A DNA stretch of 64,000 bases, from IMG/VR virus record IMGVR_UViG_2667527664_000002, positions 1 to 64,000 of that record; one strand, 5' to 3'. Shown one piece after another: positions 29,197 to 39,048 of this stretch. The position numbers and the translations under genes are program-made. The first letter of the stretch is position 1; the number at the start of each line of letters is the position of its first letter. Source of the DNA: a virus (lineage: Duplodnaviria; Caudoviricetes). The notes under the pieces were generated by a model, which saw only the letters and a program-made list of their open reading frames with translations, did no database searches and was not told the DNA's origin.

Positions 29197-29725
29197 CCCT
29201 TATTTTATACTCAAGTTTATATCTCTTTCTAAAAAGTCTTTTAGCTTCTATTGCTTGATTTAAATTACCTCTGCTAGCATTTAAGTAATCACATGCTTTA
29301 TTAACACTATCAAACTCTATAGTCTCATTTTTCAATTTATCTATAACTATCAACGGCTTTCTTTCAACTTCTCTTATAGTTTCTAAAGCTTGTATCCTAA
29401 ATCTTTTTCTAAATAATCTATTGTGCTTTATATAAGTTGTTATATCTGCCCTTCTCATATCTAGAAATTTACAACAATCATCTAATCCATCAAACTCCAT
29501 TTCTTTCTCTTCTACTTCATCTACTACCTTAACTTTATAATTATAATTCTGTTTAGGTTTAATATTTCTATAATGTCCTCCCTTATCATCTTTAGGATCA
29601 TCAAGTACTATATGTTTAATAGCTTTTCCTATACTTAAACTTGGATTTAATATACAAGCTAATAAAGCAAGATAGTTATCTGTAAAATCAAAATCACAAG
29701 AATTAGAATATTTCACTCTAATCAC
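29180..29725 (-). CDS. Putative DNA-binding protein with two NUMOD1-like repeats
   Basis: Repeated EFDxxxxxCxxL...RLFRKR units. Confidence 0.6.
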   Translation of the reverse strand: MIRVKYSNSCDFDFTDNYLALLACILNPSLSIGKAIKHIVLDDPKDDKGGHYRNIKPKQNYNYKVKVVDEVEEKEMEFDGLDDCCKFLDMRRADITTYIKHNRLFRKRFRIQALETIREVERKPLIVIDKLKNETIEFDSVNKACDYLNASRGNLNQAIEAKRLFRKRYKLEYKIRGDKNE

Positions 29726-29856
29726 CCCTATTTAGTTTTTTTTGTTTTATATTTAAATCTATAAATAATAATCTAATTTCTTTCTTATTATTTAAAATAT
29801 GACATATTCTTAGTAATCCATTTTTTTATTTTAGATAAACTTTTATAATATATTCT

Positions 29857-29886
29857 GAATTTATAGTTTTTCCTCTACACATAATA
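29857..29886 (+). promoter_or_regulatory. Sigma-G-like promoter
   Basis: GAATT-N18-CATAATA upstream of AAGGAGG and ATG 29909. Confidence 0.4.
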
Positions 29887-29908
29887 ATTGTATAAAGGAG
29901 GTGAATAT

Positions 29909-30364
29909 ATGTTTATAAAGAAATTAAGCATTATATTTTCAATTGTATTAATTCTATTTACAATAAATATAAATACAACATATGCATTTAATTCTCTAGC
30001 TCCACATCCAATTCAAAACGAATATATTAAAGAATTAGAAATAATAGATAATTATATGTATTTATTGGTACAATCTGTTGCTACAAAAAAGATTGATCCT
30101 ACTAAAGCCAATAAAGATATTACATTTATAGAAACATTAATCGATAGTCTAACTAATAAAACTTCAATGCTTTCTAAAAAAGATAATGATGTTATCCTAT
30201 CTATGCAAGTCATATTAAACTATTACAAAATTTCTATAATAAATATAAAGGTTTATATAGATAAAAATGATGCTGATAGATTAATAGATTCTATAACTTC
30301 TTTTTCTTTAGGTTATAACTCTTCATCAACCTTAAGAGGTATTATAGGAAAAGCGAAACAATAA
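29909..30364 (+). CDS. Secreted helical hypothetical protein (moron, opposite strand to the early operon)
   Basis: AAGGAGG RBS; signal peptide ending TYA. Confidence 0.7.
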   Translation: MFIKKLSIIFSIVLILFTININTTYAFNSLAPHPIQNEYIKELEIIDNYMYLLVQSVATKKIDPTKANKDITFIETLIDSLTNKTSMLSKKDNDVILSMQVILNYYKISIINIKVYIDKNDADRLIDSITSFSLGYNSSSTLRGIIGKAKQ

Positions 30365-30437
30365 GTTCTCGCTTTTCTTATATAAATTACAAACTCATCT
30401 CTACTAGGTATTTTTTATCCTAACCTTAAAGATAAAC

Positions 30438-30569
30438 TTACCAAACTCTATATTCTCTTTTGAATACCTCTAAAGCTTCTAACCATGCTTCTTGTTCTGT
30501 TATACCTCTATCTTTTGCTATCTGCTTTGCTATGTCTCTAAGAATCTTAGCTGCTTCTATTATTCCCAT
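30438..30569 (-). CDS. Small phage hypothetical protein (43 aa)
   Basis: GGAGTG RBS before MGIIEAAK. Confidence 0.55.
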   Translation of the reverse strand: MGIIEAAKILRDIAKQIAKDRGITEQEAWLEALEVFKREYRVW

Positions 30570-30583
30570 AGTTTCTATCACTC

Positions 30584-31267
30584 CTAATTTCCTTTTTTTG
30601 AACTTAACTTGTCTTTGCATATTTTATGTATATACTTCCAATATCCCTCGCTGCCTTTTGGTGATTTAATTGTTCCATCTTCAACAGATATATCTACTGC
30701 TAAAACTATACTTTTTAGTTCACTATCAGATAATTTATACATACCTTTTATACTATTCAAATCTGTGGATAAATTTACACTATTTACTCTATCAATAGAT
30801 ATAGTATTAGGATATGGTAATAGGGTCTTTTGTTCGGGATTTAAATCCGTACCGTAAGGATTTATATCCGTACCCTCGGGATTTATTTCCGATAGCTTCG
30901 GATTTAAATCCGATGTCCTATAGTTAGTATCTATTAATAATTTATAGTTTCTACCTAGAGCATAATAAGAATATGTCCCTCCTATTTTTACTGTTTTATG
31001 TTTTAATATTCCTATCTTACACATTTTCTTTAGTCTTCTATAAACTGTATCTTTTTTCATCTTTGTAATAGGTATATCCTCTGTTACACCATCATACTTA
31101 ATCCAATAATACTTATCATCTGAAATGATCTTTGATATCATTCTTTCACTATCTTTAAATTTTACAAACCATTTTAGTATCAACAGATCTCTATCATCTA
31201 ATTCAAGTTCTATTGCTTTTTCTTGGCTAAATCCATGTATGCTATACTCCAAGAAACTCACCCCCAC
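30584..31267 (-). CDS. Replication initiator protein (N-terminal wHTH, internal iterons)
   Basis: YYWIKY...TVYRRLKKM wHTH; linker region encodes DNA repeats. Confidence 0.75.
   Translation of the reverse strand: MGVSFLEYSIHGFSQEKAIELELDDRDLLILKWFVKFKDSERMISKIISDDKYYWIKYDGVTEDIPITKMKKDTVYRRLKKMCKIGILKHKTVKIGGTYSYYALGRNYKLLIDTNYRTSDLNPKLSEINPEGTDINPYGTDLNPEQKTLLPYPNTISIDRVNSVNLSTDLNSIKGMYKLSDSELKSIVLAVDISVEDGTIKSPKGSEGYWKYIHKICKDKLSSKKGN
30837..30912. repeat. Four iterons (phage origin)
   Basis: GGATTTAWWTCCG at 30837, 30858, 30879 and 30900; exact 21-bp period. Confidence 0.85.
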
Positions 31268-31406
31268 TTTATTTAAATCTATTAATTTATAAGTTTTTAC
31301 TTGTAGTTATATCTATCTACATATATAATTAAATTGGAATTTTTTATTTGGGTCCTCCTGGACTCTTTTTTTATTTTTATTAAATTAATGTTATGAAATA
31401 CTGTGT

Positions 31407-31529
31407 TTAACAATCTTGCTTGTCCTCTTTTTGCTTATTATATGCTTTTAATTCATCAAATTTATTATCTAGTTCTTGTCCTAAATAACTATATTTTTTC
31501 ATAAAACTTTGAAGTATTTTTATACTCAT
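31407..31529 (-). CDS. Unannotated 40-aa early protein MSIKILQSFMKKYSY...
   Basis: Manual translation; AAGGAGTG RBS. Confidence 0.45.
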   Translation of the reverse strand: MSIKILQSFMKKYSYLGQELDNKFDELKAYNKQKEDKQDC

Positions 31530-31568
31530 TTAACTCACTCCTTGTACAAATTTTCATTGCCAAAGAGC

Positions 31569-31835
31569 CTAAGCTCCTTGTTTATCGTTATATTCTTTAA
31601 TCGCTATTTCTTTAGCTTCTTCATAACTCAAACCAGTTTCTTCTAACTCCTTTGTTCTAATCCATATTGGGTAAGCTATACTCAATGCTTCATCCCCATA
31701 TTTTTCTCTTTGTCTATCAAGTATCCATTTAGCTTTTCTTCTTTCTATTTCCTCAATCCAATATGGATCTTCTGGGTAAACTACCTCAACTTTTATTTCT
31801 CTGCTTTTTCTTGGTGCCATTGCAACCACCCCCAC
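31569..31835 (-). CDS. Early hypothetical protein; candidate recombination directionality factor
   Basis: Small beta-then-helix protein just downstream of cro and antirepressor; function inferred from position only. Confidence 0.5.
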   Translation of the reverse strand: MGVVAMAPRKSREIKVEVVYPEDPYWIEEIERRKAKWILDRQREKYGDEALSIAYPIWIRTKELEETGLSYEEAKEIAIKEYNDKQGA

Positions 31836-31871
31836 TAAATTTTATGTTTATTAAAAATTGTCCTATGCAAT

Positions 31872-32441
31872 TTATCTTGATTTACTAACTTCCAAATCCA
31901 CTTTTACAGTAACTTTTGATTTTTCAAGTTCTTCTCTTTGTTCTGCTATTACAATTGTTTTGATATAATTTCTCAATCTTAAAACCTCTAACTCTTCTTC
32001 TTTTTGCTTTAAAAGAATTTCTTTGCTTTCTAGAGTTTTATTTAAAATTTTTACAGCTTTTTCTAAGATTATTTTTTCATCGTCTTCGTTGGATATTGGA
32101 ATATATCCACCAGTAAGTCGTATCTGTTTTAATATTTTCTTAATTTCCTTTTTTAACTTCTTAGCGATAGGTTTTCTACTTTGCATTAAAACTTCATAAA
32201 GTCCATCTTCTGTTAAAAACCAACTTACCCTATTATTAATTGGGTTAGCTTTTTTAACTTTTTCTTCATCATCTACAACTCTTAACATAGCACTTACATC
32301 TCTGTTTCCTTTACTATCAAATCCATACTCTATCCAATTCGCTACATCCTTTGCTAAAAATAGTGGTGTTTCTATCTCACCAAAAGTTATTATATTTTTT
32401 TCTAAAACTTTTCTTTTATCTAAAATTTTTAGATTATTCAT
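31872..32441 (-). CDS. BRO-N family antirepressor
   Basis: PLFLAKDVA...FLTEDGLYEVLMQSRKPIAK; AAGGTGGAG RBS. Confidence 0.88.
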   Translation of the reverse strand: MNNLKILDKRKVLEKNIITFGEIETPLFLAKDVANWIEYGFDSKGNRDVSAMLRVVDDEEKVKKANPINNRVSWFLTEDGLYEVLMQSRKPIAKKLKKEIKKILKQIRLTGGYIPISNEDDEKIILEKAVKILNKTLESKEILLKQKEEELEVLRLRNYIKTIVIAEQREELEKSKVTVKVDLEVSKSR

Positions 32442-32460
32442 ATGCTCCACCTTTCCTAAA

Positions 32461-32783
32461 TGTACTATTAGTACATTAGTCATTTAAAAAAATATCCTCT
32501 ATTGTAGTATCAAAAATTTTAGCTATTTTAAATGCTATATCTAATGATGGAGTTCTCTCTCCTTTCTCTAAGAACGCTATATACCTTGGTGTTACACCTA
32601 ATAATTCTCCTAATTGAGTCTGAGTCATCTTATTTATATTCCTCAAATATTTTATTTTATTCAATCTCCCTTCTCCTTTTTAATAATTGTTTATGTACTA
32701 ATAGTACAGTACTTTTAGTACATAGTCAATAGATTTTATAGATTTTATACGATATAATTTATATTGTTAGAACTTTTAGTTCA
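32461..32783. promoter_or_regulatory. Four repressor-operator palindromes (GWACTWWTAGTWC)
   Basis: 32461-32475, 32694-32708, 32708-32722 and 32769-32783, around the divergent cro/cI promoters. Confidence 0.75.
32476..32664 (-). CDS. Cro-like XRE HTH regulator
   Basis: MTQTQLGELLGVT...LEKGERTPS; divergent from the repressor. Confidence 0.88.
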   Translation of the reverse strand: MNKIKYLRNINKMTQTQLGELLGVTPRYIAFLEKGERTPSLDIAFKIAKIFDTTIEDIFLND

Positions 32784-32830
32784 TACTTAATGTCATTACC
32801 AATTTTAGAATAGAGAGTAGGTCGTTTTAT

Positions 32831-33241
32831 ATGATAGGTAAAAGAATAAAAGAGCTTAGAGCTCAAAAAGATGTAACTCAGAAAGAGTTAGCTGACTTTA
32901 TTGGACTAACTCCTAAAATGATATCATTTTATGAAAAGGAAGAAAGATTTCCTCCTCATGATATAATATTGAAATTATCTGATTTCTTCGATGTATCAAC
33001 AGATTATTTACTTGGAAAATCCAATGTACGTGATATTAAATCTAATGATAATTTAATTGTTATAAAAGAAAATGAAAAAGATGTAGAAGAATTATTAGAA
33101 GAAACTATGTCTCAAATTTTGGATCAAAAAGGTCTTATGCTTAATGGTCAAATAGTTGATGATAACGATCTTGTTCTTTTAAGAAATGCAATTAGAAATG
33201 GAATTGAATTAGCTAAAACTATGCAAAAGTCTAAGAAATAA
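32831..33241 (+). CDS. CI/ImmR-like XRE repressor
   Basis: RIKELR...TQKELA...FDVSTDYLLG. Confidence 0.9.
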   Translation: MIGKRIKELRAQKDVTQKELADFIGLTPKMISFYEKEERFPPHDIILKLSDFFDVSTDYLLGKSNVRDIKSNDNLIVIKENEKDVEELLEETMSQILDQKGLMLNGQIVDDNDLVLLRNAIRNGIELAKTMQKSKK

Positions 33242-33244
33242 GGG

Positions 33245-33703
33245 GTGTTAAATTTGAGTAGTATTAAAAATACAGTAAATAATTTAGTAACTAAGTTTAA
33301 AACAAGAAATCCATTTGAGTTATGTGACTACTTAAACATCCCTATTCTTCATGAGCCTTTAGGCAATATTAAAGGCTTCTTTCAAAATACACTTAATACT
33401 CCTATAATTCATTTAAATTCTAATTTAGATGAACATGAGATTAAGTGTGTTATTTCTCATGAGCTTGGTCATGCAATTTTACATAAAGATCTTAATGTTT
33501 GCTTTTTAAAGCACTATACATTTTCAGTTACAGATAGATATGAAAATGAGGCAAATAAATTCACAGCGGAGTTATTGATAGATGATAATATGCTTATCGA
33601 TTTTATGGAGGTAAATAATATAATTACAATTGATGAATTAAGTAAATACTTTTGTGTTCCTAAGGAATTTATCATATATAAATTTAAAACATTTTCTATA
33701 TAA
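33245..33703 (+). CDS. ImmA/IrrE-family metallopeptidase (anti-repressor)
   Basis: HELGH...ENEANKFTAELL; follows the repressor. Confidence 0.9.
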   Translation: MLNLSSIKNTVNNLVTKFKTRNPFELCDYLNIPILHEPLGNIKGFFQNTLNTPIIHLNSNLDEHEIKCVISHELGHAILHKDLNVCFLKHYTFSVTDRYENEANKFTAELLIDDNMLIDFMEVNNIITIDELSKYFCVPKEFIIYKFKTFSI

Positions 33704-33750
33704 AATAAAGAAGTATTAATTTTTTTAATTAATACTTCTTTATTTTATAT
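33699..33750. terminator. Bidirectional terminator between convergent genes
   Basis: ataaaataaagaagtattaatt...aattaatacttctttattttat. Confidence 0.75.
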
Positions 33751-33772
33751 AGATATAGTTTATATTGATAAC

Positions 33773-34825
33773 TTATCTAACATATCCTAAGTTAGTATTT
33801 GTCTCTCTAATTACATGTTCTAATTGTTGATTACTAATTTGTAAAAATCCTGGATATGCATCTCTATCTAATCCAATCTTATTTATTAAATCATGTCTAG
33901 TCATTCTTTTAGTTAGAGCTATATTATATGTCATTTTTATAGTAAAAAATTCATATCTACTATCATATAAGTTTTTTAACTCTGAATCCGTAAATATACT
34001 ATAATTTTTACAATATCTTTTATAATCTTCAAATGATGCAAAACTCCTGTTAGCTCTCACCTCATCAACTACACAAACACTAGTAGCTACAGATCTATAC
34101 TCTGCTTGACCTTCAATATCTGTAGATCTGTATATTAAGATATTATCTCCTTTCTTTAAACGATTCACACCTTTCATTCTGCATATATATATTTTTTCAA
34201 TACTATTAGTATGTGATACATCTTCTACTATATCAATTGATTCTGTATTTAATCTAGAATCTGGAAATAATCTAGTGTGATATTTAGGATATATAGATAA
34301 TAAATAAGCATCTGAATTTTTATCTATAATAGGGTAATTTTTTCTACAATCACTATTTTTTTCGCTTAAGTCTTTTAATAAAACCAACTCACATCCATCA
34401 CTAGTCTTCTTTTTACCATATTTCTTAAATCCATATTTCTCATAAAGTTTAATCAACCCTTCATGTTTACTAAATACAGTTACATATATATTTTTTATGT
34501 TATTCTTAATAGCAAAGTCTAAAGCCTTCTTTATGAAACGTTCTCCTAGTCTAGTTCCATGAGCATCAATCTTCATGGTACCTATCTTTACTACTCTATC
34601 ATAATTTATAATAGGTTCAACATCTGTTATAGGTTCTTCCTCTATTTTAAGATATAAAAAACCTTCTATTTTTCCATTTATAGTCTGTATATATGCCTTT
34701 TCATTTTTTTCTGATTTTCCATTAAACCATCCTTCAAATTTTGTATAATCAGTTTTAAGAGAATCGAAGAATGGGTCATTTAAGTTTATATCTTTAAAAC
34801 TCTCATATAAAAATCTATATTTCAT
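33773..34825 (-). CDS. GNAT acetyltransferase fused to a C-terminal PUA-like (ASCH/EVE) domain
   Basis: KIGTMKI..HGTRLGE and LYEKYGF GNAT motifs; LLSIYPKYH...IEKIYI...GDNILIYR C-terminal domain. Confidence 0.8.
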   Translation of the reverse strand: MKYRFLYESFKDINLNDPFFDSLKTDYTKFEGWFNGKSEKNEKAYIQTINGKIEGFLYLKIEEEPITDVEPIINYDRVVKIGTMKIDAHGTRLGERFIKKALDFAIKNNIKNIYVTVFSKHEGLIKLYEKYGFKKYGKKKTSDGCELVLLKDLSEKNSDCRKNYPIIDKNSDAYLLSIYPKYHTRLFPDSRLNTESIDIVEDVSHTNSIEKIYICRMKGVNRLKKGDNILIYRSTDIEGQAEYRSVATSVCVVDEVRANRSFASFEDYKRYCKNYSIFTDSELKNLYDSRYEFFTIKMTYNIALTKRMTRHDLINKIGLDRDAYPGFLQISNQQLEHVIRETNTNLGYVR

Positions 34826-35348
34826 TTATTATCCCCTCTATTTCTGTATTTTTTTTATCTGAAGTAATATTTATAAATTTTATAGGAATCTTTAGTTCCA
34901 TTGCCACTTTTTTAGCATACTCTGTTTCTTCTTTTTGAAAAGACTCTATAAGTTCAATATTATATTCTATATCGTCTCTTTCCTTTAACCTATCAAAAAT
35001 ATTAGTTTCTTTATCAACAAGCACTATTATGTAATCTATTCCTATACCTTTATAGGTTTCTATAGGTATCCTTGATATTTGCTCATTATTATTTAATAAA
35101 CAAAAATGACCATCAAGCATATAAACTTTCTTTTCAATAAACGTTTTCTTTATAGATTCTATAAGTAATTCTTGATTTGAACTTATATTAGTGGTCCTCT
35201 TGTTCGTAAATATTTCACCTTTTAATTTAGATATCAGCTCACTAGATGAATAGAATGGAATATTATTTTTTGAAGATATTTCTCTTGCAAATGTAGACTT
35301 GCCTACACCATGAATTCCACCTATAAAAATGATTTTTCTTTCTTCCAC
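34815..35348 (-). CDS. P-loop nucleoside/nucleotide kinase (AAA_17/18-like)
   Basis: GGIHGVGKST Walker A, LDGHF, RLKERD lid; overlaps the GNAT start by 11 nt. Confidence 0.82.
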   Translation of the reverse strand: MEERKIIFIGGIHGVGKSTFAREISSKNNIPFYSSSELISKLKGEIFTNKRTTNISSNQELLIESIKKTFIEKKVYMLDGHFCLLNNNEQISRIPIETYKGIGIDYIIVLVDKETNIFDRLKERDDIEYNIELIESFQKEETEYAKKVAMELKIPIKFINITSDKKNTEIEGIINEI

Positions 35349-35489
35349 AAATTTCGCCCCCTTTCTCGCATTAATTATAACATCGATAATATATTTTATT
35401 CAATATGTTATAATTTTTTATTATAAATTCTAAAAGTTGAGTTATAATATATATTTAACTTGTATTTAATTATATAGGAGGATTTTTTT

Positions 35490-35837
35490 ATGAAACATAT
35501 TATGCATTTAAAAAATGATTATTTTAATTTGATAGATAAAAACCTTAAATCTATAGAGTTGAGAATTTATGATCAAAAAAGAAGATTAATATCCGTAGGA
35601 GATAATATAGAATTTGTAAACTCACTTGATGCAAAAACTTCTATATTAGTTGAAGTTACAAATATAGAAATTTTTAGATCATTTAAAGATCTTATTGAAC
35701 ATACAGATAAAAAACTTCTCGGATGGGCCCATCTATCCGAAGATACTATATTGGATAAATTGAGAGAGATATATTCTATCGATGATGAAAATAAATTTGG
35801 AGTGGTTAAAATAACATTTAAAAAAATAGAAAGATAA
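35490..35837 (+). CDS. ASCH domain protein
   Basis: MHL...YFNLI...KSIELR...VGDNIEF; AGGAGG RBS. Confidence 0.8.
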   Translation: MKHIMHLKNDYFNLIDKNLKSIELRIYDQKRRLISVGDNIEFVNSLDAKTSILVEVTNIEIFRSFKDLIEHTDKKLLGWAHLSEDTILDKLREIYSIDDENKFGVVKITFKKIER

Positions 35838-35850
35838 CTATAATATCTTT

Positions 35851-36261
35851 CTATTTTTTTAAACCATTTATTTTATTTACTTTCTCAAAATCTCTTAGAT
35901 AGCAAAACGATTGTGGAGCTTTAAAATTTTCAATAATAATACTAGGTTCAACTGGTTTATCATAAACAATTAAATCTTTTATTTCTAAAGCATATGCCTT
36001 GTCATGATTAGAAAAATACTTGTTAAAATATTTTTGTGATATTCCCGATTCTCTATATGTTTTTTCCCAGACATTTTCTAAATCTCCATGCACAACATCT
36101 TTAACTTTAAACTCACCTATAAACATACCTACAGGTTTTGTTGCGTATATAATAACCGATTCAATATTTTGTTTAAATATTTTCTTTCTATACTCATATT
36201 TTTTTTCACCCGAAACAATTTTTTCAACAAACTCAGGTTTTATAGATAATATAGCTTTCAT
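35851..36261 (-). CDS. ASCH/PUA domain protein (COG4933-like)
   Basis: LSIKPEF...GEKKYEYRK...IYATKP...APQSFCYL. Confidence 0.85.
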   Translation of the reverse strand: MKAILSIKPEFVEKIVSGEKKYEYRKKIFKQNIESVIIYATKPVGMFIGEFKVKDVVHGDLENVWEKTYRESGISQKYFNKYFSNHDKAYALEIKDLIVYDKPVEPSIIIENFKAPQSFCYLRDFEKVNKINGLKK

Positions 36262-36383
36262 TAATGCACCTCTATCACTGAATTTTAATTTATTTATCTT
36301 ACTTAAATAGTATAGAACATATTTTCGGTTTTTTCAATATATGCTATATTTTAAATTAGAAGTTAATATATTTTTATTGAGAG

Positions 36384-37985
36384 GTGATAATATTGATTGC
36401 TGCAATATATTCAAGAAAATCAAAATTTACTGGAAAAGGTGAATCTATAGAAAATCAAATACAACTTTGCATGGACTATGCTAAGAACCTAGGAATAAAT
36501 GAATTTTTAGTATACGAAGATGAAGGTTTTTCTGGTAAATCTATGGATAGACCAAAGTTTAAAGAAATGCTTAAAGATGCTAAAGATAAAAAGTTTGATT
36601 ATTTAATATGTTATAGGCTAGATAGAATATCCCGTAATGTTTCTGACTTCTCTACTCTTATAGAAGATCTAAATAAGCTTAATATATCTTTCGTATCAAT
36701 TAAAGAACAATTTGATACTAGTACTCCTATGGGACGTGCTATGATGTATATATCATCTGTATTCGCTCAGTTAGAACGAGAAACTATAGCTGAACGTGTT
36801 AGAGATAATATGTATGAGTTAGCTAGAACTGGAAGATGGCTAGGAGGTATGCCTCCATATGGTTTTATTAGTACTCAAATTAACTACTATGATGAAAATA
36901 TGAACCAAAGAAAAATGTATAAACTTAAAGTTGATGAGGATACAATAGAAATTGTTAAATTGATATTTGATAAATATTTAGAGCTTAGATCACTTTCAAA
37001 GCTTTATAAATATATGTATGAGAATGGGATTAAAGGAAGTCGTGGAGGTAACCTTGATCCTAGTGCCTTATCTTTAATCCTAAAAAATCCAGCATATGTT
37101 AAAGCTGATAAAAGTGTAGTTGATTATCTAAGAAAGTTTAATATAGATGTTATGGGAGATATAGACAATATACATGGTATCCTAACTTATGCTAAAAATA
37201 CAGATAGTCCTATAGCTGCTGTTGCTAAACATAAAGGTGTTATAGACTCGAATAAATGGATTGAAGCACAAAGGCTACTTAATGCAAATAAGGCTAAAGC
37301 TCCTAGAGCTGGAACTGGAAGTAAGGCATTATTATCAGGTCTTTTAAAATGTTCTAAGTGTGGCTCTAATATGAGAATTACTTATAAAAACTCTAAAAGC
37401 GGCACTATTTATTATTACATATGTGGAACAAAGAAATCTTTAGGAGTATCAGCTTGCGATTGTAGAAATATCAGATCTGATAAGGCTGAATCTAAAGTTA
37501 TAGATGAATTAAAAAATAAAAGTATTAAATCTATAATGTCAAGTTATAAAGATAGCAAGTTAGAAAACTCTAAGAATAGTAAAAATATAAAAACTGAGAT
37601 AAACTCAATAAATAATCAAATTAAAGAAAAGGAAACATACATTGATAATTTAGTTATGCAATTAGCCAAGGTTACCGAAAGCTCTGCATCTACTTTTATA
37701 ATCAATAAATTAGAATCTTTAAATAATGACTTATCTAATTTAAAATCACAATTAGAATCTTTAAATACTATGTCTATGGAAAATAAGCAAGTTGATATTA
37801 ATATAAATATGCTTATAGATAATTTAAATAAATTCAATAAAGAAATTGATACCTCTGACATCAATAAGAAGAGACTGTTACTATCTACAGTAGTAGATTA
37901 CATGACATGGGACTCTGATACAGACACAATAAAAGTAAACCTAATAGGTATCAATCCAAGCAATACTATAACTTCAGATAAATAG
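36384..37985 (+). CDS. Large serine recombinase (prophage 1 integrase)
   Basis: YSRKS catalytic Ser, DEGFSG...RP, YRLDRISR, recombinase domain, CSKCG Zn ribbon, coiled coil. Confidence 0.95.
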   Translation: MIILIAAIYSRKSKFTGKGESIENQIQLCMDYAKNLGINEFLVYEDEGFSGKSMDRPKFKEMLKDAKDKKFDYLICYRLDRISRNVSDFSTLIEDLNKLNISFVSIKEQFDTSTPMGRAMMYISSVFAQLERETIAERVRDNMYELARTGRWLGGMPPYGFISTQINYYDENMNQRKMYKLKVDEDTIEIVKLIFDKYLELRSLSKLYKYMYENGIKGSRGGNLDPSALSLILKNPAYVKADKSVVDYLRKFNIDVMGDIDNIHGILTYAKNTDSPIAAVAKHKGVIDSNKWIEAQRLLNANKAKAPRAGTGSKALLSGLLKCSKCGSNMRITYKNSKSGTIYYYICGTKKSLGVSACDCRNIRSDKAESKVIDELKNKSIKSIMSSYKDSKLENSKNSKNIKTEINSINNQIKEKETYIDNLVMQLAKVTESSASTFIINKLESLNNDLSNLKSQLESLNTMSMENKQVDININMLIDNLNKFNKEIDTSDINKKRLLLSTVVDYMTWDSDTDTIKVNLIGINPSNTITSDK

Positions 37986-37999
37986 GAACTTTAATACAT

Positions 38000-38191
38000 T
38001 TATCTGAAGCTATTTCTATGTCAGATAAGGTCGCAGTTTTATCCAAACGTCCTGCATCTATAAAAAGTATCTATAATATAGATTTAAAAATATCAGAAAC
38101 TAGAACTCCTATAATATCAAGAAGTGCTGAAAATTTTAAAGACTATTTTAATATCTTGTGGAAGGAGATTGATTCTAGTGAAACAAAATAA
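38000..38191 (+). pseudogene. Orphan 3' end of an ABC transporter ATP-binding gene (YtlC/TauB-like), split by prophage 1
   Basis: Manual translation LSEAISMSDKVAVLSKRPASIK...FKDYFNILWKEIDSSETK*, the segment that normally follows the H-loop (VTHD); no start codon or N-terminus; overlaps the permease start. Confidence 0.82.
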
Positions 38192-38981
38192 TGTATCACA
38201 AGGTCATAAACAATATTTAAAATTGCTAAAAAAAGAAAAGAATCTAATCTTTTTTTATCAAATATTTATATTGGTTGGATTTATAGCTCTTTGGGAATTA
38301 CTTGCTAGACTTAATATAATAGATGTATTTCTATTTAGCAAACCTAGTGATATTTACAATCTTTTTATAAAATATATTCAAAATGGAGAATTATTTAAGC
38401 ATATATTAATATCTAGCTATGAGACAATAGTTGGATTAGCAGTTGGTACAATTCTTGGAATATTAGTAGCTATAATGCTTTGGTGGTCAGAAAGATTGTC
38501 TAAAATACTTGATCCATTTTTGGTTGTACTAAATGCACTTCCTAAAACAGCATTAGCACCAATTTTAATAGTTTGGGCTGGAGCTGGTGTAAATGGAATA
38601 ATAGTTATAGCTATTACTATATCTGTTGTTGTTACTATATTATCCGCCTATAATTATTTTATAAGTGTTGATGAGGAAAAAGTCAAAATGCTTAAAAGTT
38701 TTGGAGCATCAAAACTTCAAATTCTTACAAAATTAATATTTCCTTCTAACATAGGAAATTTAATAAATTTAACTAAAATTAATATAGGTATGGCTTGGGT
38801 TGGCGTAATAGTAGGTGAATTCTTAGTATCTAGATATGGTCTTGGGTACTTAATAGTTTATGGTGGCCAAGTTTTCAAATTAGATTTAGTAATGATGGGA
38901 GTAATAGTATTAGCCCTTTGTGCTTTAATTATGTATCAAGTTTTAAATATAGCAGAAAAAATTTATAAAAGTAAAAGATAA
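38178..38981 (+). CDS. NitT/TauT-family ABC transporter permease (YtlD-like)
   Basis: LNALPKTALAPIL, EAA-like loop KSFGASK, GVIVGEFL; AAGGAG RBS before GTG 38178. Confidence 0.9.
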   Translation: MKQNNVSQGHKQYLKLLKKEKNLIFFYQIFILVGFIALWELLARLNIIDVFLFSKPSDIYNLFIKYIQNGELFKHILISSYETIVGLAVGTILGILVAIMLWWSERLSKILDPFLVVLNALPKTALAPILIVWAGAGVNGIIVIAITISVVVTILSAYNYFISVDEEKVKMLKSFGASKLQILTKLIFPSNIGNLINLTKINIGMAWVGVIVGEFLVSRYGLGYLIVYGGQVFKLDLVMMGVIVLALCALIMYQVLNIAEKIYKSKR

Positions 38982-38997
38982 AATTTAATATAAAAAC

Positions 38998-39048
38998 AAA
39001 ATAACTGAGTTCAAGTTTGTTATAAACAGGCTTGAGCTCAGTTATTTT
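38998..39048. terminator. Bidirectional terminator
   Basis: aaaataactgagttcaag...cttgagctcagttatttt. Confidence 0.75.

Larger units (their letters stand above)
1..37999 (-). mobile_element. Prophage 1 (temperate siphovirus; left end lies outside the window)
   Basis: Ordered accessory, lysis, tail, head, packaging, early, immunity and integrase modules; right boundary where host ABC-ATPase coding sequence resumes about 14 bp after the integrase stop. Confidence 0.92.

Noticed and set aside
30837-30912. Possible mini-CRISPR array
   Set aside because: 13-bp repeats with 8-bp spacers inside a replication gene fit iterons; no cas genes or ~30-bp repeat-spacer pattern seen anywhere in the window
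32769-32783. LexA/SOS box (GAAC...GTTC)
   Set aside because: Spacer is 5 nt rather than 4, and the site matches the other three phage operator palindromes
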